NCBI GenBank assembly: GCA_963721095.1
Contig: CAVRHU010000004.1
Span: forward strand, 142,187-206,186
Length of the DNA: 64,000 nucleotides
Source of the DNA: an uncultured Gammaproteobacteria bacterium
GTDB lineage: Bacteria > Pseudomonadota > Gammaproteobacteria > Steroidobacterales > Steroidobacteraceae
Direction of reading: 5' to 3'
Position 1 is the first letter of the stretch; each line of letters begins with the position of its first letter. The position numbers and the translations under genes were made by a program. Below the pieces are notes generated by a model that worked only from the letters and a program-made list of their open reading frames with translations, had not been told where the DNA came from and searched no databases. Shown here piece after piece: positions 28,410 to 38,567 of the stretch.

Positions 28410-30449
28410 TCATTTCGGCATTCCATTCAGGCCGCTCGCTTCGCGCAGCGCCTCTCCCCCCAGTCGATACCCGTCCAAGAACACCGTATCCACATGCCGA
28501 AGGTTGGTGAGGTCCTTGGACACGTCCCCCTCCACCAGGATGATGTCTGCGGTCTTTCCAGGCGCGATCGATCCGGTGCGATCGGCCATGCCGGTCATGC
28601 GTGCCGGAATGATGGTGGCGGTCTGCAATGCTTCCGCGTTGCTTAAGCCCGCTTGGGTGTAAAGCTCCAGTTCCCGCACCAGCTCGAGTCCGTAGCCGTC
28701 AGTGCCTGCGACGATCCGCACACCGGCCTGATGGAGCTTTCCCACGAGCTGCACCATCTTGACGAAGCTTCGCCGATAGTCATCGCGCGTGAGACCTTGG
28801 GACAGCGGATAGCCGGCGATCTTCCAATTACGGACGACTGACGGAGGTGCAATCTTTGCAAACGGCGCATACTCCGGCGAGATGGCGCTGCCGTCGGAGG
28901 TCATCAGCGGCTCCCATACCGTCAACGTCGGATCGATGATGGTCTGTCGCCTCGAGAGCTCCGCATAAAAAGCCTTCATCGCGGGGGAATCGAGATCGAC
29001 GTCCTTGCCGTATCTGGCAGGGCCCTCCAGCCGCGCAGCGGTATTGGATTTGTCCACCACATCTTGCGGCATCGCCTGCATCAGGATGAAGTTGATGTGC
29101 GTCACCTCGTCATAGCCGGCCCGCACCGCGTCGAGCGGTCGCATACCGGCGGGCACGTGGCCGTGCACATGCAGGCCGAGTTTATGTGCCTCGGCGGCGG
29201 CCGGAGCGATCCAGGCCGGGTTCATCGATGTATAGAACTTGACGCCCCATAACCCGGCAGCCTTGATCTTATCGACGGCAGCGATTGCCTCTTCCGCCGA
29301 GGAGACCGTGAGCGCTCCTTGCGCGGCCAGGGGGTCCTTGCGATCGATGATCACGGAGATTTTTCCGTCGGGCGCGAGCAGGTCGCCGGCGGCGCGACGC
29401 TTGTAGATGCTCAACGCGTCCTCGATCGTCGTGCCGGGACTTCGATAATTCGTCATACCGGTTGCGACGTTTTGGAGCAGATTCCAATCGTCCCCAACAT
29501 GCTGATGCGAGTCCCATAAGCCGGGCGCCAGGGTCTTGCCGCGCCCATCGATCACGACGGCGTTGGGCGGAGCCTTGATTGATCCCGCCGGGCCCACGGC
29601 AGCGACCTTGCCGTCGGCAATCAACACGGCACGGTCGTGCAGGTACCGCCCCGCGACCGAGTCGAACATCAATACATGATCGACCAGCGTCGGAGTTCGA
29701 TTGGCAGGGCTCAGAAACTGATGCGCGATGCCGCGCACCATCTCGGCTGTCGCCTGATCCTGCAAAGTCTTGAGCTTAGGTCCACTCCCTTCATACCCTT
29801 CCGGCAGCAGGGAAATCACACCTGCATTGCCAAAAAAATGATTGTCGCTGTCGAGCCAAACGGGGGACGGCGAAAAACCATAGCCTCGAAGGAAGGCCAG
29901 CTTGACTGTCTTGGGCCCCTTCGGGCCATCGATCTTAACGGACTGACCGAAAGTGATGCTGGCATGACCAGTCGGGAGTAAGTCGATTCCCTTATCACCG
30001 GCGGCGACCAGCGCCTCAACATCCAGCTCACCGGCAAGCCAGGCCCCACCGTAGGTATTGTAGCGTTTGCTGGCGAACGCCTCGGAGCCGGAATCGACCA
30101 GGGTTTTCCAGTGCGCAACCCCCGCGCCGTCGACGCTGAAATCTTCCGTGGCATCACCCTGATCGGTGTAGCCGCGGATGGCGATGGCAGTAGGCCGGCG
30201 GTCGCTGCCCAAGGTCACAACTTCATCCTCCTCAGTCACCCAACCCCGCAGGGACATTGACATGCGGTACACCACGCGTCCGTCGGGCCGGGTCCACGAC
30301 CAAACATCGCCATGCTTGCCGGCCGTCGAACTGATCGTGTAGTGACGCGCACCGGCGGGCGGTGTGCTCAACCGCTCCTTTGATATCGGCGCGGCGACCG
30401 CGGCGGTCGCGATTGCGGCAAACAGTGGTGCGAGTAACAGTCGGCGCAT
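28410..30449 (-). CDS. Exported amidohydrolase family protein
   Basis: The start was chosen at MRRLLLAPLFAAIATAAVA, with GGGGGA upstream. The metal-binding HxH lies in GLWDSHQHV. The C-terminus ..GTDGYG...PGKTADIILVEGD is typical of the amidohydrolase superfamily. Confidence 0.8.
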   Translation of the reverse strand: MRRLLLAPLFAAIATAAVAAPISKERLSTPPAGARHYTISSTAGKHGDVWSWTRPDGRVVYRMSMSLRGWVTEEDEVVTLGSDRRPTAIAIRGYTDQGDATEDFSVDGAGVAHWKTLVDSGSEAFASKRYNTYGGAWLAGELDVEALVAAGDKGIDLLPTGHASITFGQSVKIDGPKGPKTVKLAFLRGYGFSPSPVWLDSDNHFFGNAGVISLLPEGYEGSGPKLKTLQDQATAEMVRGIAHQFLSPANRTPTLVDHVLMFDSVAGRYLHDRAVLIADGKVAAVGPAGSIKAPPNAVVIDGRGKTLAPGLWDSHQHVGDDWNLLQNVATGMTNYRSPGTTIEDALSIYKRRAAGDLLAPDGKISVIIDRKDPLAAQGALTVSSAEEAIAAVDKIKAAGLWGVKFYTSMNPAWIAPAAAEAHKLGLHVHGHVPAGMRPLDAVRAGYDEVTHINFILMQAMPQDVVDKSNTAARLEGPARYGKDVDLDSPAMKAFYAELSRRQTIIDPTLTVWEPLMTSDGSAISPEYAPFAKIAPPSVVRNWKIAGYPLSQGLTRDDYRRSFVKMVQLVGKLHQAGVRIVAGTDGYGLELVRELELYTQAGLSNAEALQTATIIPARMTGMADRTGSIAPGKTADIILVEGDVSKDLTNLRHVDTVFLDGYRLGGEALREASGLNGMPK

Positions 30450-30685
30450 TGCTTTCCCCCTGCCCAAGATCATCACAGACTGACAAGGCGAAACGAAAAG
30501 CGCAAGCTTCTCCGCTCGCGCAATGAGGCTATGGTCATCCCCGAGAGATGCCACGCGCGTTGAGATTGCGCGAATCACCGGCCCATCATGAACAATGCTG
30601 ACATCCTCTGACAGCTTTCGAGCGTAGTCTCATGGGGCATACAGATCAAAGACTGCTACGTTTCCCTAATGCGCAAAGGCGGACC

Positions 30686-31360
30686 ATGAACTCGCAACGG
30701 ATGACGCTCTACTCCGGCCCCTTGAGCATGTTCGGCGCGAAGGTGCAGATCGCCGCGCTTGAGAAAGCGCTCGACTTTGAACTGGTGATGGTCCCCTACA
30801 CGTCAACTCAAGGATATTTTCCCAAGCATCCCGAAGTGCTGCGCATCAACCCAAAGGCACAAGTCCCCGTGCTGACGCACGGAAATGTCGAAATCTTCGA
30901 TTCAACCCAAATTTTCGAATATCTGGAGGACCTGCAGCCCCGTCCCCCGCTCTGGCCGGCAGAGATATCGGACCGCGCCCTCGCCCGGCGGCTCGAGCAT
31001 CAATCGGACGAAATGTACTTCCCGCACATTATTCGCTTGATGACCACGAAAGATCGCGCGAATGATTTTGCCGCGCAAGCAAGCGTCGCCGCGGCTGCCG
31101 GCTACTACGAAGAAATCGAACGAATTCTCGGGTCCGGCACCTGGTTAGCAGGCGACTACTCCTACGCCGACATCGCTTTTTACATGGCCGCGCTGTTTGG
31201 CGAACGTCACGGGGTCCCCATCACCGCTGCAACTCCCCGCCTACTCGAGTGGCGGAATCGCATGACACAGAGAGCCCCGGTGCGCACCGTGGTTGCAGCC
31301 ATGGCTGAGTGGCTCAAGGCCGCCGGGCGACCCGTGCCGCAATTTATGCTGGCGCTATAG
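30686..31360 (+). CDS. Glutathione S-transferase
   Basis: MTLYSGPLSMFGAKVQIAALEKAL...NPKAQVPVL...EIFDSTQIFEYLED shows the thioredoxin-like N-terminal domain with the cis-Pro/Ser region. The start is either 30686 or 30701. Confidence 0.8.
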   Translation: MNSQRMTLYSGPLSMFGAKVQIAALEKALDFELVMVPYTSTQGYFPKHPEVLRINPKAQVPVLTHGNVEIFDSTQIFEYLEDLQPRPPLWPAEISDRALARRLEHQSDEMYFPHIIRLMTTKDRANDFAAQASVAAAAGYYEEIERILGSGTWLAGDYSYADIAFYMAALFGERHGVPITAATPRLLEWRNRMTQRAPVRTVVAAMAEWLKAAGRPVPQFMLAL

Positions 31361-31540
31361 CGACGGCCGTCCCGATGCCTCTTTCGAGGTATATAAGATA
31401 GAATAATCAATGCTTAGCGATATTCTTATAATCTAATATCTGTATGACGGCGCGCCCAGCTCTCCCGGGAATCAATGTGAATACCGGCGGCCCTTGACGA
31501 GATTCCCCGGCACCCCGCAATACGCGCTTATCCTCGAGCG

Positions 31541-31912
31541 CTACTTTTTGCGCATCGTCGCCGTGATTCTCGCCCACTGCTTGCCTACGCCGGTGCACTT
31601 TTCTTGGGTATAGAACGATTCGTGTGCGGAGATTTCCTTCTTCATCATGTCCCATCCCTCCTGCACAAAGGTGGATCGATCGGGACCGCCGTCGGCGCGC
31701 ATCTTTTCGAAAAACGATTTCGCGGTCTCCTCAGCGCTCGGATCGCTCTTGGCAAGAAAGCCCTTCTTGGCGCAAAGATCGTACTGCGTGGCCGTCCCGC
31801 CCACCAATATGCCTAGTTGCCGGGCCTGCCCTTGATCTTGCGTTGCCACGGCGTTTTGCGCACTCGCCGCGCCGCCCCACATGATCAGTGCCAAACTGAG
31901 AAGCTTCTTCAT
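31541..31912 (-). CDS. Small exported hypothetical protein
   Basis: The start was chosen at MKKLLSLALIMWGGAASAQ. 123 aa. Confidence 0.5.
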   Translation of the reverse strand: MKKLLSLALIMWGGAASAQNAVATQDQGQARQLGILVGGTATQYDLCAKKGFLAKSDPSAEETAKSFFEKMRADGGPDRSTFVQEGWDMMKKEISAHESFYTQEKCTGVGKQWARITATMRKK

Positions 31913-32022
31913 TGCTGTAAATTCCGCTGGTGTAGAACCTACGTTATGATAACGAATGCGGTCCCACAATAATGAGCCGCGCATCACCGTGCCTCTCACT
32001 CCACGGGTAGGATAAAACATCT

Positions 32023-32682
32023 TCAGTGGTTGGTTTTGGCGATCCAAGTCTTGAGCGGCGCCACCCACTCCGCGCGCGGCTGAAAGAATGCTCCATGCTT
32101 CTTGCCCGTCGAGATCTCGATCTCTTTAAATGAGGTTAGATGACTGCGTGCCGCCAGTTTCTTGCAGCTCCCCAGTGAGTCGGACTTCTCGTAGATCGAC
32201 AAGAGATTCCCACCCAAGGCGAGTCCCGGGGCTCCCGAGACGTCCCCTTTTTCGCAAATCGCCAGTAATGCCGTGTTCACCCCGACATCGACCAAGTCAT
32301 TGGATGCCAACGCCGTCAGATACGCGCCCCGAGAAAATCCCACCAGCGTAATGCTCGATGCCTTGACGCCGCCGTCCATCAGTCGCTTCACCCACGATTT
32401 CAGTGTTTCGACATACGAATCATCCAGGCTTTTTGGCCGCTGATAGGCAATGAGATTGAAGCCGCCATTATTGAAAATCGCTTCCTTGATCGCGGGAAAA
32501 TCGTATTGGCCGTATTGCGGGGAAATAGGCTTGGTATCGTCGCCTTCCACGATAAATCCATGCGAGTAGATAACGTAGCGCTCATTTGCATGGATGGCGT
32601 CCGGAAAATGGTCGTAGACCTCGAGGGCACCGCAGCTGAGCGGAGCCAGTGCAATCAAATTCAGCCATAGCATTCGGTACAT
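32023..32682 (-). CDS. Exported alpha/beta hydrolase-like protein
   Basis: 219 aa with a signal peptide. The GxSxG-like elbow is LVGFSRGAY. Confidence 0.5.
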   Translation of the reverse strand: MYRMLWLNLIALAPLSCGALEVYDHFPDAIHANERYVIYSHGFIVEGDDTKPISPQYGQYDFPAIKEAIFNNGGFNLIAYQRPKSLDDSYVETLKSWVKRLMDGGVKASSITLVGFSRGAYLTALASNDLVDVGVNTALLAICEKGDVSGAPGLALGGNLLSIYEKSDSLGSCKKLAARSHLTSFKEIEISTGKKHGAFFQPRAEWVAPLKTWIAKTNH

Positions 32683-32872
32683 ATTTCACCCCATGTTCGC
32701 AGGACATTATCCAACAAATCGGGAATCAGGGCCCGCCCAAATACGCTTTGCAAGTGACGCAAGTGCTCTTACGACTTGTAGGCCCGCAAATCCAAGCCAC
32801 CTGTTGTACATTGCCGTGAATGGAATAGAGTATTGTGCGGCTCTGCAGGCGCGGGGCCGTTCGGAGAAGCGG

Positions 32873-33283
32873 ATGAAGCGGATATTGTCATTGCTGATCC
32901 TGATGACCGGCTCGGTGGCATTCGCAGGCCAAGCGGAATTGCAAGAGCGCCCTCCTACTCCATCCGAAGCAGCACCTGTCGGACGCAGCGCCAACGACGT
33001 TTTGAACGTACTCGCCAAGCGCCTCTCCCTGAGCGAAGATCAGAAGTCAAAAATATTGCCGATCATCATGGAACGACGGCGGAAGGTTCAAGAAATCTGG
33101 GCCTCTTCCATACTATTTGTACGGCAAAAACAGGTACAAGTGCGCGGCATCAACGAAGACAGCGATAGAAGAATCAACGCACTCCTCACCGGGGAGCAAC
33201 AAAAAGCTTACTTTGCGCTGGAGCAGGAAAGGAAAGTTCAGCGCCGGCTTCGGCGTGCGCAGAGCGAGCAGGGCACAAACTGA
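32873..33283 (+). CDS. Periplasmic Spy/CpxP-like (LTxxQ repeat) protein
   Basis: The start MKRILSLLILMTGSVAFA follows GGAGAA. LSLSEDQKSKILPI and LLTGEQQKAYFAL are LTxxQ-type motifs. Confidence 0.55.
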   Translation: MKRILSLLILMTGSVAFAGQAELQERPPTPSEAAPVGRSANDVLNVLAKRLSLSEDQKSKILPIIMERRRKVQEIWASSILFVRQKQVQVRGINEDSDRRINALLTGEQQKAYFALEQERKVQRRLRRAQSEQGTN

Positions 33284-33396
33284 GTTATTTGTCGGCTGGG
33301 CAATATTTCCACCGTCCGATTTTCTTATGAGTGCTTTTTCGCAGCGGTATCGCCGCGACGGATTGTTGCTGCTTGGCCGGCATGGTCAAATAGCAC

Positions 33397-34173
33397 ATGA
33401 CATCGCCAACCGAAATACCCGCGCCCCTGGCCGTCCTGGACGAGATATTTTTGGATCAGGGCCCCGATCGGCCCCGACGTATTCTCGCGGAATATCTGGA
33501 GCCGATGAGGAAGCTCGCGCATCTGCATGTCAAAGACACCGTCGTATTTTTTGGCTCTGCGCGGATCACGGAACAGGGCTCGATGGTGCGCTATTACAAT
33601 GAGGCTCGGGAAGTTTCGAGACGGATTACCGAATGGGCGGCGACGCTCGATCAATTCAACCGTCGATTCGTTGTGTGCTCGGGCGGGGGCGGCGGGATCA
33701 TGGAGGCGGCCAATCGAGGTGCTCAAGACGCCGGCGGAGTGAGTATTGGCCTGAACATCAGCCTCCCGTACGAGCGGCGTCAAAATCCCTATGTAACGCC
33801 CGAATTGAGTTTTGATTTCAATTATTTCTTCATGCGAAAGCTGTGGTTCGCGCACTTGGCCCGGGCACTGGTGGTTTTCCCGGGTGGTTTCGGCACCCTC
33901 GATGAGCTGTCGGAGATCATCACGCTGGCACAGACCAAGAAGTTGGATCGCACGATCCCGATCTTGCTGTACGGCAGCGATTATTGGAGGGAGATTATCA
34001 ATTTCGAGGCCCTGCTCAAGTACGGCATGATCACGGCTGCGGATCTTGAGCTGATGGATTTTGTCGATGAGCCAGAGTCGGTCATGAACCGCCTACGACG
34101 CATTCATGTCGACGATCGGGCGGAGGATGAGACCCCCGCCTTCGCCCGCTCGCGGCAGAGCCGAAAAAGCTAA
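33397..34173 (+). CDS. LOG/TIGR00730 family Rossmann-fold nucleotide-binding protein
   Basis: VVFFGSAR...VCSGGGGGIMEAANRGA...PGGFGTLDELSEI are the family signatures. Confidence 0.85.
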   Translation: MTSPTEIPAPLAVLDEIFLDQGPDRPRRILAEYLEPMRKLAHLHVKDTVVFFGSARITEQGSMVRYYNEAREVSRRITEWAATLDQFNRRFVVCSGGGGGIMEAANRGAQDAGGVSIGLNISLPYERRQNPYVTPELSFDFNYFFMRKLWFAHLARALVVFPGGFGTLDELSEIITLAQTKKLDRTIPILLYGSDYWREIINFEALLKYGMITAADLELMDFVDEPESVMNRLRRIHVDDRAEDETPAFARSRQSRKS

Positions 34174-35750
34174 TCGCCGACGGCAGGTTCCCGGGCGTCG
34201 CCGCCGATATTCGCCATCCCGCGGCCCAGCGTCGACATTCGGATGCCGTAGACGAAATAAATTACAATTCCCACCGCGAGATAAATCAGAAAGAAGTGCC
34301 GGGTGGTCGCCGTGGCCATCAAACTCATGAGCAAGAGCACGCACATACCGGCCCCAAGCACCGGTGTCAGCGGGTACAAAGGGGTCTTGAACGGTCGAGC
34401 CAAGCCGGGTTCACTGATGCGTAAATAGATGACCGTGATGCAGACCAAAGCGAAGGCCGTCAGCGAACCGACGTTCGTGACGTCGCCCAACGTGTCAAGC
34501 GACATAAAGCCGGCCGCGCACATCGCGGCGCAGCCCACGATGATGGTGTTGATCCACGGCGTCCTAAATTTCTTATGGACATAGGACAAGGATTTCGGCA
34601 ACAACCCGTCCCTGGATACGGTGTAGAAAATGCGGGTTTGGCCATAAAGCAGCACCAGCATGACGCTCGTGAGCCCCGCGATGGCACCGATCTTCACGAC
34701 GAGGGCGAACCAGCGAAGACCCATGTGATCGGCCGCCAGGGCAAGAGGCGCCGGAACGTCCAATAGTCCGTAGGGAACGATTCCGACGAGAACGGCGCAA
34801 GTCGCGATGTAGAGCACGGTGCAGATCGTCAAAGCACCCAGAATTCCGATCGGCATGTCCTTGCCGGGGTTGCGCGATTCCGCACCGGCCGTGGACACCG
34901 CCTCGAAACCCAGATACGCAAAGAAAATTACAGCGGCGCCGTGGATTACCCCCACCAGGCCGTATTTGGTGGAATTGTCGCCGGTGACCACGGCAACCAG
35001 CGCTCGACCAATCTGGGCCCAAATTCCCATGGAAGTACCCGGTGCCGGTGCTGGGATTTGTGCGGGGACCAGCGGAATCCAATTGCTTGGGTGCACATAT
35101 CGCGAGCCAATAGCAATAAAGGCGAGCACGATCGAGACTTTGATAATGACGATAACGTTGTTGACCGCGGCGGACTCCGAGACGCCCCGAATCAAGACCA
35201 AGGTAACCAGGGCGACGATCGCGATCGCCGGAAGATTTACGATTCCGGTAGCGATCACGTGGCCCGCTCCATCCATGACCCGTACCCCGGGCGCAGCCGT
35301 GAGGGCCGTGGGGATAGCCACGCCCAGGTCGCGCATCAAGCTCACGAAATATCCCGACCAGCTGACGGCGACGGTCGATGCGGCGAGGCCGTATTCGAGC
35401 AAAAGGAGCAGGCCCATGATCCACGCGGGTCCCTCGCCCATCGAGGCATAGGTATATGAATACGCGGAGCCCGAAACGGGAAGTGCCGAGGCAAGCTCCG
35501 CATAACAGAGCGCAACAAAGGCGCAGAGCAGCCCGGTTATCACAAATGAAACCATGACCGCGGGACCGGCAAATTGTGCCGCGGCGCGGCCCGTGAGGAC
35601 AAAAATGCCTGCACCGATGATGCAGCCAACCCCAAGCAGCATCAGGTTAAGGGCGCCGAGTGAGCGTTTGAGCTCCCCCCGACGGTGCTCGGCTTGGATT
35701 TGCTCGACTGACTTGCGCAAAAAAATGCGCCCTATCCCCGTGCCACCCAT
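34170..35750 (-). CDS. APC-superfamily amino acid permease
   Basis: About 526 aa from MGGTGIGRIFLRKSVEQ. It has 12 or more hydrophobic segments, and ..LMLLGVGCIIGAGIFVLTG.. is the APC N-terminal signature. Confidence 0.85.
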   Translation of the reverse strand: MGGTGIGRIFLRKSVEQIQAEHRRGELKRSLGALNLMLLGVGCIIGAGIFVLTGRAAAQFAGPAVMVSFVITGLLCAFVALCYAELASALPVSGSAYSYTYASMGEGPAWIMGLLLLLEYGLAASTVAVSWSGYFVSLMRDLGVAIPTALTAAPGVRVMDGAGHVIATGIVNLPAIAIVALVTLVLIRGVSESAAVNNVIVIIKVSIVLAFIAIGSRYVHPSNWIPLVPAQIPAPAPGTSMGIWAQIGRALVAVVTGDNSTKYGLVGVIHGAAVIFFAYLGFEAVSTAGAESRNPGKDMPIGILGALTICTVLYIATCAVLVGIVPYGLLDVPAPLALAADHMGLRWFALVVKIGAIAGLTSVMLVLLYGQTRIFYTVSRDGLLPKSLSYVHKKFRTPWINTIIVGCAAMCAAGFMSLDTLGDVTNVGSLTAFALVCITVIYLRISEPGLARPFKTPLYPLTPVLGAGMCVLLLMSLMATATTRHFFLIYLAVGIVIYFVYGIRMSTLGRGMANIGGDAREPAVGD

Positions 35751-35948
35751 CGTTTCATTTCCCCCGTAATCACGGCAGACGAACCGACCATAGCAGATAG
35801 CGACTCTGGTAGCACGGTATTCGCGAGCGGTTGAGGCAGCCGATTCCCAGCGCGACAAGGATGACCGCCTCCAGCAGATTCAGATATTGCGTCACGTCCT
35901 GTCGCGTGATACTTGCGTGTTAAATCCGACGATTGATCGACTACTCCA

Positions 35949-37520
35949 TCAGGGTGTGCCAAACGGCTTGCCGCGCACTTGCGAATAAACGCCATCCAGT
36001 ATCCTGAGCTTGCCGATGGCCCACACGCCATCGCTCGTGATCGGATCTGCAAGATACTGTACTTGCGGTTGGGCATTATCGAACGCCGGCCATGTGGGTA
36101 GGCCTGGGCCGTTCGGGTCGCCGGACTTCGCAAAATTGACCCAATAGCCGGACATCTCGGCGGCGAGGTTGCGGTCACCGCGGGTCCACTGCCACGCATC
36201 TTGATCGAGATGATCGAACACATACCACAGCTCGGCGTAGTGACTTGCGCCCCAGCCTGCGTAGACCGAGCCACTGGGAAACGGGGGCCGCTGCTGAAAA
36301 GAATAATAGAACACTCGATTGTGCCCCGGCTTTGCCTGCAGTCTTGCCCATGCCCACATGTCCCAACCAAAACGGAGGTCGCGCTCGAGATCCAGACGCG
36401 CTTGACGTGCCTCGGCATCGGTCGAGTAAGGATAGGCGGCAACGAGCGCCGGCGGCAACGGCCCGAATGCCGCGGTTAGGTCCGCGGCGAAGGTCGCGGC
36501 TTTCACCTTGGACCCATCGATCAGTGAACGTGCTTCCTCAGTATTTGATCCAATAAGTACGGGGACGTCGTTCTGCCGTCCGGAGGCGAAGACCTCATAA
36601 GGACTCAACGGCAACACGTCGGGTTCGATGACGGGATGCGTAATACTGGCGGCATTGCCACGAAGTAAATCGGACGCGGGAAGTTTGCGCATTTGAGCGA
36701 TGGAGCTGACTCCGAGGGAAGCAAGATACTTCTCTCCCACCGCCTCCGCGTTCGCGAGCAGGTAGTCCGGCGCCATTTGTATCGGTTCGAACAGGCCGCC
36801 ACTCTCGGCAATTGCGCGCTGAAACAAGCCTTTGGCGCGCGGCGAAGCCATGAGTTCGCTCACCGCCATCGCGCCCGCGGACTGACCGGCAATGGTCACC
36901 CGCGTTGGATCGCCGCCGAAGGCCTCGATATTCCGTTGCACCCAACGCAACGCAGCGAGTTGATCCATCAAACCATAATTTCCGGAGGAGCGATGCGCTG
37001 ACTCGCGTGTTAACTCCGGATGCGCGAGCCAGCCCAACGGCCCAAGGCGATAGGCAATGCTGACGAGGATGACGCCTTTTTGAGCGATCTTATCGCCCCA
37101 ATACAACGGCATCGAGGCAGAGCCGGTGCTGTAGCCGCCACCATGAATCCACACGATCACGGGCAGCCGCTCGTTCGCCTTTCGTGCGGGTGTCCAGAGG
37201 TTCAGGTAAAGACAGTCTTCGCTGACGGTGGGCGGCGTTTCTCCCGGCATAGACACGCCGGTTTGCAGGCACGCAGGAGCGAATGCCGTGGCCTTGCGCA
37301 CGCCCTTCCAGGATTTCAGCGGTTGAGGCTCTCGCCAGCGCAGGTCATTCAGGGGCGGCGCCGCGTAGGGGACGCCTTTGTATACAGAAAGACCATTCAT
37401 CTCCAGACCCTGGAGGGCACCCGAATCGATGTGCACCTGCGCCGCAGAGGCCATGCCCGCGCTTAGCAAAAATGAAAACAATACTGCCGACACGCGGCTT
37501 CCTTTCACACGGGATTTCAT
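35949..37520 (-). CDS. Exported type B carboxylesterase/lipase
   Basis: 523 aa. EDCLYLNLW, VWIHGGGY and the nucleophile elbow IAGQSAGA are present. Confidence 0.9.
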   Translation of the reverse strand: MKSRVKGSRVSAVLFSFLLSAGMASAAQVHIDSGALQGLEMNGLSVYKGVPYAAPPLNDLRWREPQPLKSWKGVRKATAFAPACLQTGVSMPGETPPTVSEDCLYLNLWTPARKANERLPVIVWIHGGGYSTGSASMPLYWGDKIAQKGVILVSIAYRLGPLGWLAHPELTRESAHRSSGNYGLMDQLAALRWVQRNIEAFGGDPTRVTIAGQSAGAMAVSELMASPRAKGLFQRAIAESGGLFEPIQMAPDYLLANAEAVGEKYLASLGVSSIAQMRKLPASDLLRGNAASITHPVIEPDVLPLSPYEVFASGRQNDVPVLIGSNTEEARSLIDGSKVKAATFAADLTAAFGPLPPALVAAYPYSTDAEARQARLDLERDLRFGWDMWAWARLQAKPGHNRVFYYSFQQRPPFPSGSVYAGWGASHYAELWYVFDHLDQDAWQWTRGDRNLAAEMSGYWVNFAKSGDPNGPGLPTWPAFDNAQPQVQYLADPITSDGVWAIGKLRILDGVYSQVRGKPFGTP

Positions 37521-37698
37521 GCACGGATCCTTGGGATTGATTGGCTACGCAGCGGCCGGCCTTATGCTGTACATAACCCCGAAACCGCGGAAAAGTTGCT
37601 TCCGCTTCGAAGCGCACCTGCGGTGCGCACGCATCAACGCTGACAGAGAGAGACGCAGGTCTTCGCCGTCTGCTCAACCGATATCAGTCGATCTTTCC

Positions 37699-38289
37699 TT
37701 AGTCGCCGCTTGCATGGCCCGATAGGGCCTTCTGAAACTCGGCGGCCTGCAACATGGAACTCACTGTGTTGACCACCGCGTCCGATAGAACCTCGTAGTA
37801 GTTCTCCGCCTTGTAAGAGCGCCCGAATCGCGTGGCCGCACCTGAGGCGAGACCGTGCCACAAAGTTTTTCCGTTTCGATCGGTCAAGGTGAGCTGTACT
37901 GCCACGTCGGATTTGTAAGTATTCTCCTCGCGGACGAAGAACTTCTTCACCTCCCCATGAATGGTGACCTCGGCTCCGCTATCGACGGTCTTGATTCCCG
38001 CCTGACTGAACAATTCTCGCATGTGCGTGCTGACGAAGGTGCCCACATCGTCGGTGGTGGTCACTGGCTTCGGTTCGCTGTCCTCTCGATTCTCACCGAT
38101 GGCCTCCTTGTTATCACGGTCGTCGGTGAAGGTTGCGATCGTGACGGACGATGCTGTCATCTGGGTGGTACCGAGCCGCAGCTCCGACGTCGGTCGCCAC
38201 TCGAGCGGAATATGCTCGAGAAGCTTCGCTTCCGATGAGGCGGCAACCGAAAAGCTAAGAAGCAACGAAGCGAGAATCGTTCGAATCAT
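37699..38289 (-). CDS. Hypothetical exported protein or lipoprotein
   Basis: The start was chosen at MIRTILASLLLSFSVAASS. No recognised motif. Confidence 0.5.
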   Translation of the reverse strand: MIRTILASLLLSFSVAASSEAKLLEHIPLEWRPTSELRLGTTQMTASSVTIATFTDDRDNKEAIGENREDSEPKPVTTTDDVGTFVSTHMRELFSQAGIKTVDSGAEVTIHGEVKKFFVREENTYKSDVAVQLTLTDRNGKTLWHGLASGAATRFGRSYKAENYYEVLSDAVVNTVSSMLQAAEFQKALSGHASGD

Positions 38290-38567
38290 TGTTAGGCCCC
38301 GGGGTGTCGAGGCGCGCATTTTACCTCAGAGTTCCGATGGACTACGCTCTCTCTCGCACAGCGGGCGTCGAGGGTGGTTACGCGGGCGACCATTTTCCAC
38401 GCCGCCAGATCAGCAGCGTATCGCCGTGGCGCCGGATCGCATCGACCGAAACGGCCCCAAGCTGCAGTCTCAGCGGCGAAGCGCCGCGCGCATGATTTGT
38501 CCGCACTTGAAGCCGTTGACCTATGACGCCACAGAATGTTCCCGGATTCTGCCGGGGGGCGGCTGTT

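Noticed and set aside
34573-35424. Long antisense or alternative-frame ORFs, for example 34573-35424, 50281-51243, 51316-52095, 56779-57651, 58411-59322 and 59804-60523
   Set aside because: All overlap strongly supported genes (permease, DSD1/OCD, TBDR, AKR). They have Arg/Gly/Pro-rich shadow-frame composition.
35751-35948. 198-nt leader of the amino acid permease as a possible riboswitch
   Set aside because: I could not recognise conserved cores of the lysine, glycine or other amino-acid riboswitches. The region may simply hold the terminator and promoter between two co-directional genes. A covariance-model scan is needed to be sure.
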